Program-made: the position numbers and the translations under genes
Origin: Diploschistes diacapsis
Taxonomy: Eukaryota
Assembly: GCA_023645945.1 (NCBI GenBank)
Contig: JALAIB010000021.1
Coordinates: 1 to 47,621, forward strand
Direction of reading: 5' to 3'
DNA length: 47,621 bases
Notes under the pieces: model-generated
Databases searched by the model: none
Told to the model about the DNA's origin: nothing
What the model saw: only the letters and a program-made list of their open reading frames with translations
Shown here: positions 24,333-36,694 of the stretch, in pieces
Numbering within the stretch: the first letter of the stretch is position 1
Layout: the number at the start of each line of letters is the position of its first letter

Positions 24333-27300
24333 ATGCTGAGAATGGTGTGCAATCGAATCCTCTCGAGCAGAAACGCTTTACGCTTCACACCCTGGGCCTC
24401 AGCACGCCCTGCTACCCGTCAAGCCGTACGGTCCTTTCCGTCGCAGCCGCTTGCTCAAGGACAACGCTACTTTGCGGTTTCATTGCTGCGCAGGAAAGAC
24501 CGAAGCGATGAGATTCCCGATCCTTTACCGATAGAGGTCAAAAAAGACACAGGATCCTCTGCTGGCGAGCGCAAGTCCGATTCTAAGAGCAGCGGTGCCG
24601 CAGGAAGCAGTGCCGGAGGTGGTGCTACGGGTGGGGGAAGCGAAGCTGGCAATGGAGATGGCGGGAAGAAGGGCGGTAGGAAAGCCTCGGCGGAGCGGAG
24701 TCTGCAAAAGCCCACGGTACCGGATGTATATCCGCAGGTACTAGCCATACCGATCGCCAAACGCCCGCTCTTCCCAGGCTTCTACAAGGCATTTACCATA
24801 CGAGATCCGAACGTGTCTGCTGCGATATTAGACATGATCAAAAGAGGACAGCCATATGTTGGAGTGTTTCTCTTCAAAGACGAGAATGCGGATAAGGATG
24901 TTATAGAATCGGTGGATGATGTCCATGACGTGGGCGTTTTCGCTCAGATCACAAGTCAATTTCCGGTGCATGGAGAAGAAACAAGCTTGACGGCGGTGTT
25001 ATACCCACATCGCCGGATACGCATGACTTCTTTGATCCCGCCAAACCATGTAAAGGGGGCGCCGCCCGTTGCCAACATATCCCCATCCCAGGTTTCTGAT
25101 GCGAATAAATCTAAGGATGAGGCATCGGATAAGCAAGGAGACGTTGTCGCAAGCTTTGAAGAGTCGAGCGTTACCCCCACTCCTGAAGATGCTCAGCTTT
25201 ACGAGCCTACGGCCTTCCTCCGCGATTATCAAGTCAGTTTAGTCAACGTGGATAACCTACCGGAACAGTCATACGATAAGAAAAGCTCTGTCCTAAAGGC
25301 TGTAACGAGCGAGATCGTCAACGTCTTCAAGGATGTCGCGGGAATGAATCCTCTTTTCAGGGACCAAATCTCGACATTTTCGATGAGTCAGTCAGCTGGC
25401 AACATTACCGAGGAGCCTGGCAAGCTCGCTGATTTTGCTGCTGCTGTCTCAGCTGGCGAAGTCAATGAACTACAGGATGTTCTTGAGACTATGGACGTCG
25501 AGAAGCGGCTGACAAAGGCGTTGGTGGTCTTGAAGAAGGAGCTTATGAACGCCCAATTGCAGAACAAAATATCTAAGGATGTCGAAAACAAAATTCAAAA
25601 GAGGCAAAGAGAGTACTGGCTCATGGAACAGATGAAAGGCATTCGCCGAGAACTGGGAATTGAATCGGATGGAAAGGATAAAATGATCGAAAAATTCAAA
25701 GAGAAGGCTCAGAAATTGAGCATGCCAGAGGCTGTCAAGAAGGTTTTTGACGAAGAGATCAATAAGCTCAGCCATCTCGAAACCGCCGCGTCGGAGTTCA
25801 ATGTCACACGGAATTATTTGGATTGGATTACGCAGATACCCTGGGGTCAGCGCAGTGCCGAGAACTTTGGCATCAAGAACGCTATGACTGTTCTCGATGA
25901 AGACCACTATGGTCTCAAGGATGTCAAAGATCGTATTTTGGAGTTTATCGCCGTCGGCAAGCTTAGAGGCACCGTGGAAGGCAAAATCCTCTGCTTCGTT
26001 GGGCCTCCTGGTGTTGGAAAGACGAGTATCGGCAAATCCATCGCTCGAGCCCTTAATCGACAGTACTACAGATTCAGCGTCGGTGGACTTACTGACGTAG
26101 CTGAGATCAAGGGTCACCGAAGAACTTATGTTGGAGCACTCCCGGGTCGCATCATCCAGGCTTTGAAGAAGTGCCAGACAGAGAACCCGTTGATTCTAAT
26201 TGACGAAGTAGACAAGATCGGTCGAGGACATCAAGGCGACCCTGCCTCCGCTCTGCTCGAGTTGCTTGATCCAGAACAAAATAACTCATTCCTTGACCAC
26301 TACATGGACGTTCCAGTTGATCTGTCTAAGGTCCTCTTTGTTTGCACCGCGAACATCCTTGACACCATCCCAAGGCCATTGCTTGATCGAATGGAAGTCA
26401 TCGAATTGTCTGGTTACGTTGCCGACGAGAAAATGGCCATCGCACAGAGATATCTTGCACCTTCCGCAAAAGAACTGAACGGACTAAAAGATGTCGATGT
26501 CAATTTGAACGAGGATGCGATTCAAGAACTAATTAACAAATACTGCCGAGAGAGCGGTGTCCGGAATCTGAAAAAACAAATAGAAAAAGTGTACCGCAAA
26601 TCAGCGCTGAAGATCATCCAAAACATAGGTGAAGAAGTTCTTTCGGAGGACAAGGCACTGACAGAAGAAGGCAAGGCGGCGCTAGAAGAATCAAAGAAAG
26701 ATACAACAGACGTGAAGGAGACACCCATCAATATTGAGAAAGAGACAACGGAGAAACCGCGCGTGAGGCTTAATGTCCCGGACTCGGTGCACGTGCAAAT
26801 ATCAAAGGAGAACCTAAAAGACTATGTTGGCCCTCCAATCTTTACTACCGACCGTCTGTACGAACAGACACCCGCGGGGGTCGCAATGGGTCTTGCCTGG
26901 ACGAGCATGGGCGGAGCTGCACTGTACGTGGAGTCTATACTCGAGACAGCCATCAGCTACTCGTCGCGCGCCGGGCTTGAAAGGACAGGAAACTTGAAAA
27001 ACGTCATGAAAGAAAGCACGCTCATCGCATATTCTTTCGCCAAGGCTGTAATGGCAAGGGACTTCCCAGAGAACAAGTTCTTTGAAAAGGCGCGGATACA
27101 TTTGCACTGTCCTGAGGGCGCGGTGCAGAAGGACGGTAAGCCCAATCCTTGGAGTGTGATAGGCTCGGTTTCTGAGATGAAGATTGGTGCTAATGGCTTT
27201 GCGTATCTCACAGGTCCCTCAGCTGGCATCACGATGGCCACCTCTCTCCTATCGCTAGCCCTGGACAAGCCGCTCGAGGCCACCATCGCCATGACGGGCG

Positions 27301-27678
27301 AATTGACAGTCACCGGTAAAGTTCTGCGGATAGGTGGCTTGAGGGAGAAGACGGTTGCTGCCCGACGCGCAGGGGCCAAAAAAATAATTTTCCCAGCGGA
27401 TAACATGTCTGACTGGCTAGAATTACCGGAGGTGAGTACAGCCACCAATCTGTCCAATTGGTCCGGAAGGGGTAAAGCGACAGAAGCTGATAGCATTGCA
27501 ATAGAACATCAAAGAAGGTATCGAGGGTCACGCTGCGAGCTGGTACTCAGACGTCTTTGACCTAGTCTTCCCTAACCTCGATAAGGAGGCGGCGAATAAC
27601 CAATGGAAATCGAAGTTAGCGAAGCCGGAAGGGGAAGGTGATAAAGAAAAGAGAGACAGGAGTGAAGAAGATTCATGA
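24333..27678 (+). CDS. PIM1: Mitochondrial Lon protease, 3 exons
   Basis: Presequence, RPLFPGF, Walker A GPPGVGKT, Walker B LILIDEVDK, catalytic KDG|PSAG and IGGLREK. Introns 27136-27213 and 27432-27503; stop at 27676-27678. Confidence 0.97.
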
Positions 27679-29682
27679 TGAAAGGAAACCATCGTCTCAT
27701 CTTCTTTCCTCCCGTCCCATTGGGTTGTTGCAACTAGGACGTCGTATGTATTGGGTACTTTGCCATCAGACGCCGCCTTGATGATGAAGATGAAGTATAT
27801 GGGCGGCGCCGGCTACGTTTGCGATGCATCAATAGCATATAGAGCAGGCGCTCGCGTGCATTGGGCATCAAATAGATCCTGTACGGGCTAGGGTTTCTTC
27901 TGGACTTTTCTGCATTGGGATCATCGAAGGGTATGGAAAATTTTCCCCAAAGCATCGGATGAACGTCGATAGGTGGCATTTGTGAATAGACTTTCGTAGA
28001 TATCGCCTCCACTCTTTCGGCCAGATAGATGGCAAAATCTATTTGACGACCAAAGGGGGATAAGTTGCGATATTTGTTGTGTAAAATACTAGTACGTCCC
28101 TGCAGATTGTCTCACATTAGCTCCGGGGTTCAAGGCATATTTTCGGTGGAGCGCTTTCCATGTCCCAATGCGGTATCTTGAAGCTTCTCCGTCTGTCCTT
28201 GCATACCTAACACTATATATAGCCTTTAGTTCGGTTCGTAAGTTCTTCTTTACGGCGTAATAACTGAATGCTACTGACGCGACTTGTGGCAAGTACCTAC
28301 CCTCTTTGAGTCTGGAGCTCAGCTCAGCCACAGCAGATGCGCAACTTGGAATGCAAAATCTTGGGGACCTCGGTGTCACTACTTATGAAGCTCGTATAGC
28401 TCTACTACCTGTGCCTCGTGCACCGTGCGCATGAAAAGGTAGGGTCGCGCAGTATACTGCATTCTGTGAGTTTCCCTGGTGCCGTGAGTATCCTAAAACT
28501 GTCGAGAAATGTTGTTTACCCTTGCTTCTACCCTACCAGATATGCGCAATTTAGCCACCGAGGATTTCCAGGTTCCCACCACCAGTCCTGTGGGATCCCT
28601 GGCTGCGGAGCATACCTGTATGCGAAAGCGTCAATTCTGCGCGACGAGATCTCGAGCAGCGCGACGCCTGAATTGGTTGGCAATGCAATACCCCTCTTGC
28701 ATGGGCTTTGCGCTGGAGTGCTTCGTATGCAGAAGAATGGGTATAGATGATCTCCATTGGATGCTCCACACATGGCGCACAAGGCTTGGGTCTGCGCATA
28801 GATGCGGATACTCCAAGAATGTTGTTGCCTTACCCTCAGCTTGGTTGCTATATGGCCCTTTTTCTTGTCCACGATCGAGCGGTTTTTTTTTGGTGGCACG
28901 TCGAGAACTGAGAGGCAGGGCGCTTATGCTGTAGATCACGACAACCGGATTGGACTGACCTTGAGAAGTAGATGTCATGCTTGGCTCATCCACATGAAGG
29001 AGGCCAGGACGCATGGCAAAAAGTTCCTATCTCATGCAGACTGCCTCGAAAACATAATTATGGAGGTACAGACTTTGTGGAGTGGGACAGCTGCGCTTGA
29101 TTTGACGTTTAGGCAGATCTGCACCTTCCGTTGAAGTACCACTGATAGTGGTGTAGGTTATGCAGATGCTCCGCATGCTGGCCGTTGTACAGATAGATTT
29201 GATTGTGCAATTCCTTCTATTTTGTTAGGTTGATGTGTGACTCGTGCGAGAGAGTACTATCGGGCATTGACACGTAAAAATCAACTTCAATGGATGGTGC
29301 CACGTTTGTTCCCAGATGCCCTAGGTGCATGGAGCTCTTCCTGGTACAATCTATTGGATGGACTCCGAGATAGAGATGGGATTCGCCAATGCTGTGCAAT
29401 ATTCGAAAGGCATTCTTGTCCGTCCCGCTTCTTCCTTTGACGAAGTGTAACGGTCGTAATGGCTTTCTCTGGTTGCGTCTCCTGTAGCCGCATCGTTTGC
29501 GATGAGCGGTGACCGATATGCCACTCGCGAAATTGCCAGCAATAGAAGATAGGAATAGCGTACAGTAAGAGCAAGAAACCGAATCGTGGGCTGAGTCGCT
29601 ATAAATTGCGCACAGAAAAGGAGATAGATTCCAAATCAACCAATCGGATGGCGCAGGCAAGCAGGGCAGGCAGGAGGATCAT

Positions 29683-29824
29683 CCCCACTGGCGCCCCAGG
29701 GCCCCTACCTACCCGGGGCATGGCGAAAACTCTCCCTGGGGAGCTGGAGTGCGGATGATCAGGCCATTCGGGGCATCATTGGGGCATCAATCATCCGGGC
29801 GTCATCTGGGGGCGAGCGGCGGGG
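29683..29824. promoter_or_regulatory. GC-box cluster (7 SYGGRG matches) upstream of the kinase, followed by a CT-rich tract
   Basis: CCCCAC 29683, CCCCAG 29694, CCGGGG 29713, CTGGGG 29736, CTGGAG 29744, CTGGGG 29806 and GCGGGG 29819. The pyrimidine tract at ~29850-29900 is typical of fungal core promoters. Confidence 0.45.
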
Positions 29825-30142
29825 GGAGAAGAAGCTGCACTCATGTGTGTCTGTCTCACTCTCTCTCCCTCTCTCTTTTCATTTGCCTTTCGCCTACTTT
29901 AGCCCTCTTCACTGTATTTTTTGCTGCTCAATCTCAATTTTCTATCTTCCTCACTTCCTGTACATGCTTGGTGCACTTTTTTGCTTCAATTGGTGTTTTC
30001 AATTATTATGCTCATTTCAACAAGTTGGAGCGTCTTCAGCAGACTCATTGTCCCCATTCACGCCATTCACGGCCACCCTATGATGCACTGTCATCAATAA
30101 CTATTACTCTATCCGCCCCAATTCATTCATAATCCTGTCAAC

Positions 30143-32563
30143 ATGCCTCTCTCACTTGCTAGTGTTCCACCATATCCGCCTTATTCCATCGATACCGAGA
30201 AATTGGAACAGAGCCGACTATGGCACCGCTTCAGCAAATGGCTGGGTAAAGAGGAGACTTTTCGTTGCCAGGAGCAAAAGATGGAGCCCGAACCGATGAA
30301 ACCTAGCTTTGGGAAAAGGTTTTCGAGGAAGGTTGTTCCGGGGCTGCCTCGGCCGGCAACCATCAGAAGACAGAACTCGGAGCGTCGGGACAAGTTGGAA
30401 AGGGTGGATCAGTCGGGCGAAAGGCGAACCCAGTCCATGGATCGACGGCGAGCCAAAAGTGAACAACCAGCGTCCCCGACTCCAGCGGCCATGCCGGAAT
30501 TGTCTGCTCCAATTCTGTTCAGTCCTGAGCGAAATGACAGCAATAGGATCAACTTGGCTCAGAATCAAGATCGGCCTACCGATACCGCATCACGGAACTC
30601 CGGCTCCAACAGTCAACCGCAGCAACAGCAACGCCCAATGCCTCCACCATCTCCGCCACCCGAGGAAGAGATTCCGCCTCCAGATGCACCGGCTAGCGAA
30701 CTAAACGACGATGAAATTGCACAAGAGCTAGAAGAGAGGTGGATACTCAATCTAAGCATGCACTTTCGCGATCGCTCACCTAGGGAAAAGTTTTTTGTCA
30801 CGTATGCTGAGATACCTACCAGATGGCGAAGAGTTACTATTTCCTGTGATTATCGCGATGCTCCGCCAGATTCATTAGAGAGGGACTTGCAGTCGCTCCA
30901 GCATCAGAGGGACAAGAGTGCACGCATTTACGAGGCAATCCGGACTTCTTTGCCAGATATACAGTTCTACGCTACCGTAACAAACCTTCGGCTTCAAACT
31001 AGTAATGACGATCGCCTACACGTTCATGTCACGGAGGACGTTAATGAAATAATACCCTACCCTTCCACTAATGCTGTCCAGCATCTGGACTGCAGACGCA
31101 TCTCCGAACGTCATGTGATATTTGACTCCCACATGTCGGGTTTTGTTTACAGGGTCCGCGTTGACGACCCTGACTTCGAGAACAGAATACTCATCAAGAA
31201 GGAGATCCCTAGTCTCGATAGCGTTGAAGAGTTTTTGTATGAGACTAATGCCTTGCATTCATTGATGGGTATGGACAACGTCATCAGCTTCGAAGGTCTT
31301 GTGGTTGATGAGGAGAACGATGTGATCAAAGGTCTTCTCATCGGTTATGCTGAACAGGGACCCCTGGTCGATCTGATCTATTATTTCAAGAATACTGGCG
31401 AGTTGACCTGGCGAAGGAGGGAGAAATGGGCGCGCGAAATCATACTGGGGCTTTCCCAGATTCACGAGGCCGGCTTCGTTCAAGGTGATTTCACGCTGTC
31501 GAATATTGTCGTCGACGACAACGACACAGCCCAGATTATTGACATAAATCGACGAGGTTGCCCAGTGGGCTGGGAGCCTCCGGAAATCCACAAGATGATT
31601 TCCAGTGGTCAAAGGATCTCAATGTATATCGGAGTCAAATCAGATCTTTTCCAGCTCGGCATGGTACTGTGGGCACTAGCCATGGAACAGGACGAGCCCG
31701 AACGACAACAGCGACCTCTCAGTGTTTCGCAACTGCCGTCCGGGACCCCTCAGTACTTCGCTAGACTAACCTCCATCTGCCTGAGCGAAACGCCCAAAGA
31801 TAGATTGTCGGCAACGGATCTCCTGTCTCTCTTTCCCCAAGATTTCAGCAGCACCATACCCGACCTCGTCCAACCTTCCCTCGATACCTTCCGGCCTGTC
31901 CTCCTCTCAATTTCCTCCGAGAACCATTCCGACCCTGTCGCTGCACAACCTACACATTATTCTGGAGACGCTCATGGTCTCGCGGACGCCCCTGCATTCG
32001 CCGGCCGTTTCTCCTCCATCGAAATGCCCTTCGATGGACCAGGCTCCTATATGGTCAGCCGTGGTCGCTCGCCGCCCGGTAACACGCAGCACCTGATGAA
32101 TCGCGACCACACTCACCCCTCTTTCCAGCATCCTGGCCCTCAGTACAATGGGGACGAAGAAGAAGGCGAACCTCAAATAGTGCCCATAAGCCCAATGGGC
32201 TTGAACACTAACAATATATCAGACGAGATGAACGTTGACAGCAGGGACTGGGATCTCATTGACTCGCAGGAAGACGAAGAGGAGAGGCTGGAAAGGCAGC
32301 GAAGGCGCGGAGAGAGAATGAGGAATGGCGATGCGAGCCCAAAGATGATGGCTTTCGATCATGTGGATAGCGGGTTGGCGGATATGGATCTTGTGGGCGC
32401 GGGAAAGATGGCAGCTTTCGAACACGTGGACAGCGGATTGGCAGATATGGACCTGGTGGGCGTGGGGGAGAACGAGATGTTGAAAACATGCCACGACCCA
32501 GAGGCTTTGGCGAGGGATATCGCCGGGTTCAATATACAGGCACAGGATGAGATGGACATGTGA
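30143..32563 (+). CDS. Atypical fungal protein kinase (806 aa, single exon)
   Basis: Kinase-fold motifs: SHMSGFVY, LIKKEIP, EEFLYE, IHEAGFVQGDFTLSNIV, IIDIN, GWEPPE, KSDLFQLGMVLWAL. An upstream ordered segment WILNLSMHFRDRSPREKFFVTY is also present. Confidence 0.88.
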   Translation: MPLSLASVPPYPPYSIDTEKLEQSRLWHRFSKWLGKEETFRCQEQKMEPEPMKPSFGKRFSRKVVPGLPRPATIRRQNSERRDKLERVDQSGERRTQSMDRRRAKSEQPASPTPAAMPELSAPILFSPERNDSNRINLAQNQDRPTDTASRNSGSNSQPQQQQRPMPPPSPPPEEEIPPPDAPASELNDDEIAQELEERWILNLSMHFRDRSPREKFFVTYAEIPTRWRRVTISCDYRDAPPDSLERDLQSLQHQRDKSARIYEAIRTSLPDIQFYATVTNLRLQTSNDDRLHVHVTEDVNEIIPYPSTNAVQHLDCRRISERHVIFDSHMSGFVYRVRVDDPDFENRILIKKEIPSLDSVEEFLYETNALHSLMGMDNVISFEGLVVDEENDVIKGLLIGYAEQGPLVDLIYYFKNTGELTWRRREKWAREIILGLSQIHEAGFVQGDFTLSNIVVDDNDTAQIIDINRRGCPVGWEPPEIHKMISSGQRISMYIGVKSDLFQLGMVLWALAMEQDEPERQQRPLSVSQLPSGTPQYFARLTSICLSETPKDRLSATDLLSLFPQDFSSTIPDLVQPSLDTFRPVLLSISSENHSDPVAAQPTHYSGDAHGLADAPAFAGRFSSIEMPFDGPGSYMVSRGRSPPGNTQHLMNRDHTHPSFQHPGPQYNGDEEEGEPQIVPISPMGLNTNNISDEMNVDSRDWDLIDSQEDEEERLERQRRRGERMRNGDASPKMMAFDHVDSGLADMDLVGAGKMAAFEHVDSGLADMDLVGVGENEMLKTCHDPEALARDIAGFNIQAQDEMDM
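32342..32467 (+). repeat. 63-bp coding tandem duplication (2 x 21 aa)
   Basis: KMMAFDHVDSGLADMDLVGAG / KMAAFEHVDSGLADMDLVGVG. Confidence 0.95.
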
Positions 32564-33430
32564 GGCACAGAAAAACTCGGGCCTACAACAGGCGCAACGG
32601 CAGGTGAAGGTGGAAAGGGACACGCGTAGTGCTTGGGGCCAGGTATTCAACAGGACTGGTCATAGCATATACGAAGGGCATAAAACTTGATACGCGGACG
32701 AGACAAGACGACAGACATCTATCAGCAAAATTAAGCAAGCTCCAAACAGGGGTCCTTGGAGGGGGAGGGGGGGCGAGGCCCCCAGTATACGGGTAAAAAA
32801 AAACCTACTGGTGATCTACAGTAGCTCCATTTTGCCCCTTTTTTTGAGCTCATGGCTTCTTTTACAACAGCATCGGTAGGTAATCATCTGGCTAGCCAGC
32901 ATATTCGGTATAAGACAGACAATCTTTTAGGGTAGGATAGGTTACTGAATGACATGATTTACGATCTTCAATCCGGGGGGACGCATGCGAGTTCGATAGC
33001 CGACCTGCACACCTTGTCCTCAATGAAAACCTTTGAATCCAGCCTTGACGTTCGTATCGCAAAGTAGACCCGGTCTTCGATAGGGTTAACCCTACGATAT
33101 GCTATGCGTTAATGCGTTCGCTGCATGCTTGCGTCCAGCACCCCCCTGTCTTCACCTCTGTCGCCGCGTCAGCGTCGGTGCTCAGGCCGCGGGGAGCTAC
33201 TGCAAGCCAGCCTCAGCGCCATTACTCGCAGGGCCTACCAGGCCTACTTTTCTCTATAACTGGTTTCCGTACGCCAAGGCTGCGCTCACGTGACCGCGAG
33301 TGTGCAGCAAGGCAGAGAGGCAAGGAAGCATGATGGATCTGGCCCCCCGGTCAGCTCAAAAGGGCTGGTGTCGCTGGGATAACTGGGTTCTCTACTGGGA
33401 ATGGTAGTAGGGTGTGATGGAACGAAAGGC

Positions 33431-33470
33431 GATGGTATGGGATGGCATGGTAGGGCATGGGATGGGATGG
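33431..33470. repeat. Imperfect pentanucleotide (NATGG) microsatellite
   Basis: gatgg tatgg gatgg catgg taggg catgg gatgg gatgg. Confidence 0.7.
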
Positions 33471-35222
33471 AAAGAAAGGGCAGGGGCCTGTGATCTATCG
33501 GCCAAGGCTCTTCGGGCGTCTGGATGTTAATGTGCTTCGTGGCTTGAGAACGGAACAGGAATCTGCGTGCTTTGGGTTCGAGGAATGTCGCTGTGTGCTG
33601 CATGGTTGATAGCCTCCTTTGGTACGCTCGCTGTCATGGTGCATCGCCCGTTGTACGCCCCAATGCAGTTGTGAACTACTCCGTAGCGCTTGTCCGGGGT
33701 TGAACCTGAGCCCAGGCTTTTTGGAAGATTTTCGCTGGGAAATGTATTATAACGATAGAATCAGAAGCCAGAGAGATGGCGAATGGAGGAGTGATGGCCA
33801 TACCTAGGCATGTGGTCAAGTCGAGTCCGTTCTTTTCTTGAGAATAGGCGTTATGGTCACGTACTTCATACCAGCAACCCTGGTTACATATGGAAGGAGG
33901 ACTTGGGACCCGAATACCACGATACTTGGAGCCGCATGGCAAGGGTTCCGAGTTATTGGTCACCTAGCTTGAGTCACGCCGCCATGGCGAAAGTCTGACT
34001 GGACAGGACAGAGCTCAATCGTCGGACAAGGGTCTTAGCCGCTTATGCAACCGTAATTGCACCGACGCGCTTGCGTGCAGGGGCACAAGCATGGGCCCCA
34101 TTTCAGAGGGAGAATCTGGCGTGATACTTAGAAGTAGAGTAAGCAATGCGTGCATCTAAGCAGAAAGGTAACATGGGATGGGTGGCACCGCGGCGTGGTA
34201 TTGCGTGATACTTTTTAAAACCTGTCCTGTGATGGCGTGTAGAGCAAGAGCAAGGGTGTGGAGCGATTGGATGGTTCGTGGAGCAGCATCTAGGGCATTG
34301 AAGGTGACAGCCTTGTGGGCGCTGTCTCTTGGAGTCGAGATGCAAAGCCGAGGAAAGAGCAGCAACACTTTTGTATATAGAACATTCACCGGTGACAGTC
34401 TTCCGTTATTCTCCACGATAGGATTTATACACAGGATCGTAACCTAATCCGACCAGTTGAGTAGTCTGATTCTCTTATGTCGGGTGGGCTTCGACGAGAA
34501 GAGCCCGTCGATAGCGCTGTAGTTCATTGGAGGTTGAATGGCTCAAGTTTTTAGTCTTGAAACCATACCCCAGCTCAGTCAAGATAAATGTCGTTCTGGA
34601 TCAGGGTTATGCACGTATTCACATGGTTAGCTCCTTTATTTCCATAAGCCAAACCGCTGCCACCACACCGCAGTCAACGTATAGCTTCCAGGATCATATC
34701 ATGAGCGTGGATAGGGTGTTATTGGATTCAGAGTCCGTAAGACGCCCGATATCGAGTCCATAATAGCAGAATTGATAGCCTCTTGAGATTGCGGTGGACG
34801 TCCAAGCATGACTGACTGGAGAAGTGCTGTTTGACTTGCCCCAACCAATGGCATAGTTCCACTGACGAGTTCAGAGGGTCCTGAATACAACTCAAGAGAA
34901 GGGATCGAACTAGCAGCGGGTCAATATGCGTGGTTGATATCTTATGGACGGTTAGGAATGGAGAAGTTTCATGGGTAATATTTTATGAGCTCTTGAAGTA
35001 GCAAAGCAGGGTAGTTGATTGGCCGTAGATGCATAAGTATTCACCACGCTAAAAAAAAAGTATGAGCGTGGGGATGGAGCCCCCACTAACCAACCCAGTT
35101 TTTTCTTCTAGGCCTCTTCTATACAACCGTTATTATTATCCCATTAGCCAAACAATAGCTTCATACATATACCTAGCCATGTAGTATCATCGATACCAAA
35201 GCCTCTCAGCATCCAGAATCCC

Positions 35223-36694
35223 CTAAAAACCGTCTCTGCTATCGTTAAGGCTCGGCCTTAGATCGTTGGCCCTGTCAACGCCTTCTCCGTGCTTAACCTC
35301 CATGTGCGTGGTCTTGCGGATTCCCCGCTCGGCCTCCGCGTTGTCGACTGGTCTTCTCTCTTCCTGCCAACTGCCTCCTCCACTGCTGCTGGGGGGAACG
35401 ATACTGCTTTTAGCGTCCTGCGGCGTGGCGCGTAGCAGCTGCGCAGAGTCGCCCTCCCGGCGCTTATGCCGACCAGGTTCAAACGGCAGCGCTGCGCCTG
35501 TTGCTTTCGCTCCTTTTCCGGACCCACTGCTCCCGTGGTGAGAGAGCTTCTGCTTCAGCCACTTGTAGCCTGGGATGAGTGTGGGTATGCAAGCGCAGAT
35601 AATGCCCAAGCCGATCTCGAAACTTAAGGAAGTTTTTAGCTGATTGACTCGTTTTTGGTTGAAGAAGACCTCTATCAGGAACGGAGAGACTCACGTGCGC
35701 CAGGACCAGTTGGTGATGCCTCCGTCTGCAGAGAAGAATTGTGTCAGCTACATAATAAGACCAGATGGGATAGGAGAGCTAACATGTTGAATCGTCGGGC
35801 ACGGATTGCCCATTCAGTGCTGTGCGCACGATGCAGCATGACCCAGTGCTTGGAAGGAGTTGTCAGTACGTTACCTTTTGCGTCGCAATCATCGCACTTA
35901 CATTACACCTAGGCCCATGAGGAGGCATAGACCGACCTTGTCCTTGAGCCGGATTTTGACGTGCCAGATGATAAGGATCGGGTACAAGGCGAAGCTAAAG
36001 TCGCTAACGACGGATATTATAGCCTGGGAAAAAATGATATTCAAAATGATGCCGTGATTAAAACAGTAGCGTGGCTTCACTGTTGGGTCCCATAAGGCTT
36101 GCACAGGCCAGCATTGGAAGATCCATAACAGCGTAAGAACGACATTCGAAATGATTAACACCACAACGCCAATCTGGAGGGGAATTATGTATCGTTTATT
36201 CACAGGAATTCGAAGCAGCAAAAAGCATATCGAGACTTTAGTGCACATCAAAGAGAAGAAGGTTTGAATCCCTAGACAAAAGTTTAGCAAACTGCGCATG
36301 AGCTAATTCTAATAAACGAAATCAAAATTACTCACATTCGACATAGGTATATGCCGTGAAATACATCAATTGCCACGAGTTGAGGTAATATTGATGACGG
36401 CCGAATCCAAAATGGACCTCAACAAGGTCAAGCGCCATGCCCACGGCAATACAGAACTAAGATGACAATCAGCGGAGGCTTACAGGGCAGTGCATGGACA
36501 GTCCATACTGCTGCCGCGATGATAAAGTAGTCATCCCACCAGAGACGAATCTTGATGATGCGTGTCCGTACGATGATACGTAAGGCCACGAATATGATGG
36601 GCAGGACAGCGCTCCAAACGATGAAGGCAATGACAACGCCCTGCAAGCTTTCATCGCCATTCAGAGGCGGGCTTTGAGGCGTCACATCTGCCAT
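35223..36694 (-). CDS. Second PTH11-like (fungal rhodopsin-domain) membrane protein without CFEM, multi-exon
   Basis: FVALRIIVR, WWDDYFII, GFGRHQYYL, TKVSICFLLLRI, IFQCWPVQALWDP, SDFSFALYPILIIWHVKIRLKDKVGLCLLMGLG and EIGLGIICACIPTL, separated by canonical introns. Confidence 0.9.

Noticed and set aside
27734..29660. Many overlapping 80-150 aa ORFs between PIM1 and the kinase
   Set aside because: No motifs or coherent exon structure; treated as intergenic or upstream regulatory DNA.
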